Shown here piece by piece: positions 52,546-60,000 of a stretch of 60,000 nucleotides of DNA. This DNA comes from Schmidtea polychroa. Taxonomy: Eukaryota. Position 1 is the stretch's first letter; the number at the start of each line of letters is the position of its first letter. The DNA is taken from the NCBI GenBank assembly GCA_044892525.1, contig CM097885.1:30940001-31000000 (forward strand). Direction: 5' to 3'. The notes beneath the pieces were generated by a model that worked only from the letters and a program-made list of their open reading frames with translations, was not told the origin of the DNA and did no database searches. The position numbers and the translations under genes are program-made.

Positions 52546-53279
52546 TAATGAATTTTAATGTTCTTGTTTTATTTTTATTATTATTTTATTGTTTTCTTAA
52601 TGTTAATTATTTTTCTTATTTTTTCTAAAGATTTATCGTCGTCTTGTTGCAATATAATTTTTTTTTAATTAACTGCTAAATTTATTTGGGAATTGTTTTT
52701 TAATTTTTATTTTGTTTCCTTAATTTCTTATTTATTTACTTTGAATTTTTGCTATTTTATTTTCCTTTTATTGTTATGCGTATTAGGTAGTTTCCTTTTT
52801 GTCTTATTTTTAATCTTAATAGTTTTATTATTTTAATAGTTATTCTTATTTCTTTTATTGGTATTTTATTTGTTTCTTCCTATATGTTACTGCGGTTTTC
52901 TGTAAAATTTATTTTTATCCTATTCTATTATTTTGTGTGGTTCTTTTCTTATCTTTGATTTAATTTTCAACACCTTCAAGGCTTGGCCCAACAGAATCTA
53001 CAAATTTGCTTATAATTTTATTTCAGCACTCTTGTAATACCACATTGAAAGTTTGTTTATATATTCTACAAAAATTATTATAATTCCAGTTATATTTAAT
53101 TATTTCTCATACTTATTTTTAATAATTAGAATAATGTTTTATACTTTGAGTATTTATTAAAAGTTTTTGAAAATATTTGTTAAAAACATAATTTTTTCTC
53201 AAATTTTATTTTTACACTACTTTGAAGAATTTATTATATTTCTGTAAATTATTTTAAAAGTAATTTTATTATATCATAA

Positions 53280-56200
53280 ATGGAATTTACAAAAGGTCTT
53301 AATTACTAATATAATTTTAATTCATTTCATTATTTAAAATTACAGAAAATCATGAAAGTTTAAGTGATTTTGAAATCGAGCGTTATAATATCATTCATTT
53401 AACTAAATTAGTCGTCAAAGATATTTTAAGAGTAGCAGTTAAAACTAATCGGCAGTTAGATGAAGATAATCCATTAATAATCCAGTTATTGCGTGTATTG
53501 GAAAGTATTGTAAAACATGGTTTAAGACCGAAAAAAATTCTAAACAGCGTATCGATTGTTGGATTTAACAATCAAGATCCGTGGCCGGTTATTTGTGATT
53601 TATTGAAAAACCAAACCAGTGTAGAATTAATAGAAACTATCCAACAAATGGGAATCAAATCGGGATTAGGTCGTTTTAGAGTTTGGTTGAAAATGACTTT
53701 GATGCAAAAGGTACACTATAATTCCTAATTTATATATTTGATTATTGTTTTATTTAAATGAGGTTTATGTATTCTCTGTAAGTTTATTTAATATAAGTAA
53801 TAATTTTATAAAATATAATTTATTTTTCAAAATTAAATTAAAAAATTAATATTTTTAAATGGTTTCATTTTTATATATTATTTGTTAAATTCACACAAAT
53901 TTCAATTAAAAGGAATTTATAACGAAATATATTGTTATATAGGGTTTTGTTGATTGCGTTGCGATTATTATTGACTGTGACCAATGGTGGAAATTATTCC
54001 ATTCAAAAGTCAACTTGGGGAATAAAATCGGGTTGAATTACAATTTGAGATAGAGAGTTGCATATCTTTAAGAAATATCCTTTGAATTTTGTAAAAATAT
54101 GGGGACAATGTAAATAGTGGAACATTTCTAATGGGGGGGGGGGACAAATGGTTCCCTACTTGTTTTCATGAGAAAAGTGATTTAAAATTATAAAAATATT
54201 AAATATGCGGCCGTGGGTGACAATATATATGTAGCAAGCTTCTTTGGAAATGTGTACCGAAATGATAAATCTATATAGATGGTTATACTCCATTGTTCCC
54301 CTTAATGCTTGGGAAAGTAATAAGAGGTTTGTCATGGAAAATATTAAAGTTTTGTTCATTAACGATGCCTTGCTTTCTTTCCTTGAGTTTGCTTAACGTT
54401 TCTACAGCCCCTGAATGACTTAGCACCGTGACACTGATAAATGTTCCATTTTATCGATCATTTTGCTCCTGGATATAAAATTATAATTATCATTCCGTAA
54501 GACTGAAACAATGGAATATTGATATTAAAAAAAATTTGGAAACTTTGTAATAAATGATTCAATAATTCAATAATTCCCATTTATTGGCTATTGGTTGAGT
54601 TTATTGAACAAAACTAAAATAAAATGGAAATGAATAAATTAGGGATGAAATTGATGCCAGGGGATTACAGAACATAAACAGAATGATGATAAAATTCATA
54701 ACAAACCGTGAAAAGAACAAAATGTGAATTTTCGGAAAATCAATAAATGGTTAATTATCCGAATTAAAACCTAAAAATTAGATAGAATAAATGATTGAAT
54801 GTAAAGCGGTAAAAATGAATTTCTTGGGAAAAGTATAAAAACAGCGTTAATTAAGAAATCACCAAAAAGAGCTGTTATATTGAAAAGATTAAGTAAGATT
54901 AAAAGATGACAGAAACAGAAGGCCAGAATATTCCAAGGATGCCATTAAGTGTATAAAAATGAGAATGAAATTTGAGAAATTCGGATTTCTGCCTTAGATA
55001 AAGATAGATGAATACAGTTATAGTTTAAAGGAAATAATTTATTTTATCGGAAAAGAATTAATCAGAAATCTAAATATTTAGTTTTATGTGGGAAATTAAC
55101 TGCTGTTTCATTTTCGTTCAATATACGTTGGGCAGTTTTGTTATTCATTCCATTGATATAAGAACATGATGAGTCAGACAGTAGCCATTCTTATTTAATT
55201 ATTGATTCCATCATCACTGAAATATTCACTACTGGATCTCTATACATTGTCCTGTTGGAATATGAATGATTTTGGCTCTAGCTTTGTCTTTCATCAGCAT
55301 AACCTCTTGTTGGCGTTTAGTTGAACGAAAAATAGGATTGACAGGCGGATCATTAAACGCCCATGACTTATTATGTTTCTATCAGTATGTCTATGACTAC
55401 CGTCAGGTTGGTGCTGCCGACTGTCGTTGAAAAATAAGGGGCAGTTGAGCTGCTGCCTTACAACTACTGTCTCCATCTAAGTTTCTGACGAGTCCTTAAC
55501 TGCCGTTAGAAGGTCTTAAGTCTGAATATTCACTTGTCCTTTTAGGTGGAAACTTTTAACCTGAGGTTTAGTGTTCTATCTATCACTCTAGCCACTCATA
55601 ACTCATTTAACTTTTCCCAACAGAAAAAGGAAATTATCAAGATGAAAAATATCTACAAAGAAAATTAATCTTATTACTGCAGCAACATTAGATTCGAAGA
55701 CATGAAAATAATCACAGAGACTGGCAATATCATAAAGAGATTTCCAACAGGTAAATCAACCCTTCTTTTCTTATAGATGCGTATCTAATATATAAAGATG
55801 AAAGTTTGTTTATTTGTTTTCTATAGAATTCCCCACAGTTGGACCTAGAGTGCTGAAATTTTGCACATGTCACTCATTTGACTCGGGACTATGTTTCAAC
55901 CCCAGGTGACCATCCCAAGGTACCCTAACACTATATTTATTCCATTTTTATACATTTTCAATACAAAATTTTGTTTGTAATATAAAATCATTCTAATATT
56001 GATTTTAAATATTTAATATTAATTTAATATTTTTTTAAATTAAATTTTTGTATTTTTTAAATTATTTTTTTTTAAATGAATGAATTGAAATAAATTTCTT
56101 TATTTTGAATCTGTTTACTATTTTTTAAATCGTGCAACACCGGATACCCCAGCTAGTTGTGTTTATATATACCATTGTTTGCTTCTTTAGAGTTTATGTG

Positions 56201-58166
56201 TGCAATGGAGAATTTTTGTAGAGTCACCAATAAAAAGTGTCGGGACAATTGGGGTGCTTGTATGTACAATAGTTGAAGAGGTACAAATTAACAAATAAAT
56301 AAAATTACGAATTTTATTTACCAAAAAAGTAAATAATACTTCAGGAAATCCTTAGGTTGCAGTGATTGAAATGTTATTTGCAGTAGATACAATACTGATA
56401 TTTGCCCGAACAATTGCCAGGGAAGAACTAGCGTAAACTATAGGTTTATCTATAACCGTACGGGTTTAGGACTAAGATCTAGGATTTTAGGATTTTGATT
56501 CGGTTTAGGGTAAAAAATACTTCTCGACTTATATTAAAGTTTGGATCATCAAATTTAGATATTGATGCCTTGAATTCAGTTTAGAAATAAAAATGCTTTT
56601 TAAGTTACGCTGCAGCTTGGTTTCTCAAATATAGGATATATATCAAATGTTTATTAATTTTTATTTCGATTTTTTGATATTTGTAATTTCTCTATAGTAA
56701 ATTATTAAAAATAATGATTACAATTCGTAATTGCATTTAAAAAACTACATTCAACAAATTAACGCTACACTACAATGTGTTATCGGAATTATTTTTAAAT
56801 ATTCTTTTTGCGTTTTACGTGTTATGTGGATCGTCTCAGTTTACCATTTACTTACTTACTTAAAACAACAAAAGAATTAAAAGAAAGATTGATTCTTAGT
56901 CCAGCACTCTGTATGTATTCTGCATTACAGGTTTCTATCCCTTATTTTGCCACAGCAACCTCCAATTATAAATTTAATACTTATCGAACTTTCAAAAGAA
57001 TATCTTCTTACTTTCTTGGATTTTATTCTATGAGAACATGTCAAACTTTCCTCATTAAAGATCACTCAGTTCCATTCATCAGTGGTTTCATTTTAATCTT
57101 GTCCTATTTGCTTTTCGGTCAAGAGAGGTTTTGTATCGATCTAGTGGACTAAGATAAAATCGATCTAGTGAACTAAGATGTCTAACACAGAACACTGGTT
57201 TTTCTGACTCCAAAGATAAACTTTCTGGCGTGTAGGTAATATAAATATGATAAAATGAATTATTAAGACAACGCTTGTTTACACAGGATAAAATACCCAA
57301 AAATGCCGCTACTATGAAAAATAGAAATCGGTTATACAAACTGTCTTCAGATAAAGTTGTCACACGATAATAGGTTCAATCAGATAGGTTCAAGGAGGAA
57401 GAGTACCAAAATTTGCGCTATCGTGTAGAACAAGATCGTTATACGGTTATCTAATTCATCCCTTCTAAGATTTCCAACAGGTAAATCAACCGAAATATTG
57501 GTACATGTGGTCGGGTGTGCTAATTTATAAAAAGAAATTTAAATAAAATAAATAATTCTCAAACTACAATTTCTTTCTTAGAGCAATCGTTTTTATATCG
57601 ATAATTCACTTAACAGCTGGTGAGAATTATTCTTATCACGGGTGTTGTTTCTTTCTCAAAATTGTCTACTGCTAGTCGCACTGAATAGTCACCGGTGGTA
57701 TATAACCCTTTTAACCCTAATGGCAGATCTACCGGCCTTGGTTTATTGATAAATTATGCGATCTGACAATCGATTTTTGATCGAAATTGCATTTTAAGTC
57801 AAAAATTGCTCAGGAGTTCAGGGATATAGTGCTAATACAATGAAGGCCTAGGGTTCAAATATTTAAGTTTATTCAATAGCTTTCAAGTCAATATTGATAT
57901 AAGCAGTGGTAAATTTATTCTGTCTCTGGTGTCTATTTCACTTTTATTTATATAAAAATTTTTATATTTTATTTATAATTAAATTTATACTATGTATATA
58001 TAATATAAATTACTATATTTAGTAAATAACATACTATTTATATAATATTTTTAGTTCTAATAATTATTTATCTATTTATAGTAATTCTTATTATTTAGTA
58101 AATCTTGACCCCTTACAGCTACGGAAAAAATAATCAGTGGTGAAATGGGAAGAAATAAAAGTTCTT

Positions 58167-58256
<90 letters not shown>

Positions 58257-60000
58257 ATTAATTATTATTATTATTAACAAAATTTCATCTACACGTACTT
58301 CCGCGCCAGTGTCCAAATTGAAAGAAAACATAAGGAATATCTTAAACCAAATTTTCTTGTGTTTTTCACACTTAAAGACTTAATTTGTTTTCAAAACTTC
58401 AAGAAGGAACTTTATCCTCACAAATATAAGAAATTAGAGCCCTGTTCCTAAAAACCTTATGTAAGACTAATTGCTTAAATTCAAAATTCTTTTTCTTTTT
58501 ATCAAAGTCAATGACGTCTCCTGCAAAATACCAGAAACACTCCTTCCTCTCGAAATATATTTTATTTCTATATTTAATCAAGTTTATCTTAACAAAGCTA
58601 AATTTTTGATAAACACTCCTCGAAAGTTCCAAACGACAAATGGATGTTGATTTAAACTCAAAATCTAGTTAGAAATATATTAAAATAGCCGAAAAATACA
58701 AAAATCTGCTTTTCATAAAACATAAATCATAATTAAATATGCCAGTATTTTAATTTATCTTGATGGACAATATTTGCTCTCTAAAAAAGATCAAAACCTT
58801 AATCAGGGAAAAATTCAAAGTTATTAGATTAACCTACATGTATCATTTTCTTTTATTTTTGCATTTTTCTCGAGTAATTTTTTTGAAATTTCGGTATTAT
58901 CTAAACAGAATATATATATTGCACAAGTTAAATTGAGAGACATTGTAATTTCTAATATCTCACATAATCTCACATGAATCATACCTCCAATGGGACAACT
59001 AATAAAATTTGGTCTATTCAATAGACTCTATTGTGACCCCAATCAAGGTACAAATACCAAGAGGTAAAAGTGCAGATTGTTTTTTTAACTTAAATATTAA
59101 CTGGTTGCAAGCCGTCAATATTCAAAGAAATAAAATTATTTGCCTATTTATATTATAATTGCAATAATATATGGATCGATAAAAATAATAATGGTATTGA
59201 TTGATGAAAAACAAATAAATAAAAAAAAACAAACAATACTAATTTAATCTTCAGTTTAAATAAAATTATTTTTGTGGAATTTCTGAATTTAAGTATTGAA
59301 TTCATTTTAAAATTTTTTTTCCACAGTTAATTTTAATGAAGCGATTTTGGTCCCACAGATCCCCCTTAAAAATACTATAAGATTAACGGATTACAACTGG
59401 AATATTTTTGTTATCCATTTATCAATTGAGCCGGCAGACATAAAATATTTAGATGACATCAATGCAAGGGGATTTTTTAATGAAGCTGCAAATTTGTTTT
59501 AGTGAATTCATAATATTTTTTTTAAATGAATTATTTGAAGTTAATTAAATTAAATTATTTTAATAATTATTTTTAATTAAATTAATGGTTTTTAACATTA
59601 TTTGTCTTGCTATTTTGTTTTGCATCACGATTTTATTTACTATCACGATCTCGCTTGATTTCTTTAGGTTATTTCATTAATTTGCTTATTTTCGAAACAG
59701 TTTGTCTGTAATAATTAATTTCATATTATGATAGGATTTCAAGATTGACCAGTTTATAGAGAGAAATAGTTGATTTACTAATATTATAAATATATTTTGC
59801 ACCCAAATATTTCAAATGTTTAATCAACTGATTTTCAACATAAAAATAGACCAAATATTTCATTATTTTTTCAGCAATTGGGTAATTATTTCCACATTAT
59901 TACAAGTCAAGGGAGAAAATTGGAACTTTATTATTATCCTTCTGCAGTTTTATTAGACATGAGTGGTGTTGAAATTGCTGGGTTTTTAGTTGGTTTATCT
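53280..60000 (+). CDS. RUFY: RUN and FYVE domain protein (RUFY family), 5' part; continues off the right edge
   Basis: Exons 53280-53295 (tentative MEFTK), 53346-53710 and 59875-60000+ splice in phase. They give ERYNIIHLTKLVVK...LESIVKHGL...GLGRFRVWLKMTLMQK|QLGNYFHIITSQGRKLELYYYPSAVLLDMSGVEIAGFLVGLS, matching the RUFY1/2/3 RUN domain. Confidence 0.88.
55784..56156 (+). mobile_element. Non-autonomous Helitron-like element
   Basis: A|TCTAATATATAAA 5' end, gtttgttt tract, 3' cgtgcaacaccggatac followed by CTAG|T; inserted between A and T with no TSD. Confidence 0.75.
56800..57300 (-). pseudogene. Highly decayed Tc1/mariner transposase relic
   Basis: Minus-strand fragments in order KPLLTEKQ, DEWN*VIFNEES and IIGGC resemble the Tc1 motifs KKPLL, WxxVIFSDESKF and VMVWGC. 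Confidence 0.45.
58182..58275 (+). repeat. (ATT)n microsatellite
   Basis: Trinucleotide tract; a similar tract lies at ~15770-15836. Confidence 0.95.

Noticed and set aside
53943..53986. Possible RUFY exon GFVDCVAIIIDCDQ
   Set aside because: The exon at 59875 joins 53710 in phase and matches the RUN domain better; the donor here is weak.
55502..55518. GCCGTTAGAAGGTCTTA, similar to the 5' end of the planarian spliced leader as I recall it
   Set aside because: The match stops after ~17 nt, with no leader 3' end, donor or Sm site. The comparison relies on memory and is likely chance.
58399..59021. Two short minus-strand ORFs
   Set aside because: No recognisable motif; possibly decayed TE sequence within the RUFY intron, but it cannot be assigned.

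Overview
Very AT-rich, intron-containing animal genomic DNA. The 36-55 bp mini-introns and abundant (ATT)n resemble a free-living flatworm such as a planarian, but that is inference. Host genes: the first coding exon of PAR3 (minus strand, left edge), a complete 7-exon PEX12 (30610-44994, +), and the 5' part of a RUFY-family RUN-domain gene (53280 to the window end, +). Most of the rest is transposon-derived: a ~10.2 kb Polinton/Maverick-like element without recognisable core genes (4272-14479), a very compact decayed Ty3/Gypsy element (19682-24590), a near-intact DD35D pogo (25076-27359), a near-intact Buster-type hAT (35852-38487), hAT, piggyBac and Tc1 relics, solo LTRs, MITEs and a Helitron. 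The most unusual structure is the Polinton-like element. It has multi-kb modular inverted arms, a nested inverted duplication, decayed and partly spliced cargo ORFs, and seven copies of a ~90-115 bp motif that all point away from its centre. All coordinates and translations were read by eye and may be off by a few bases.
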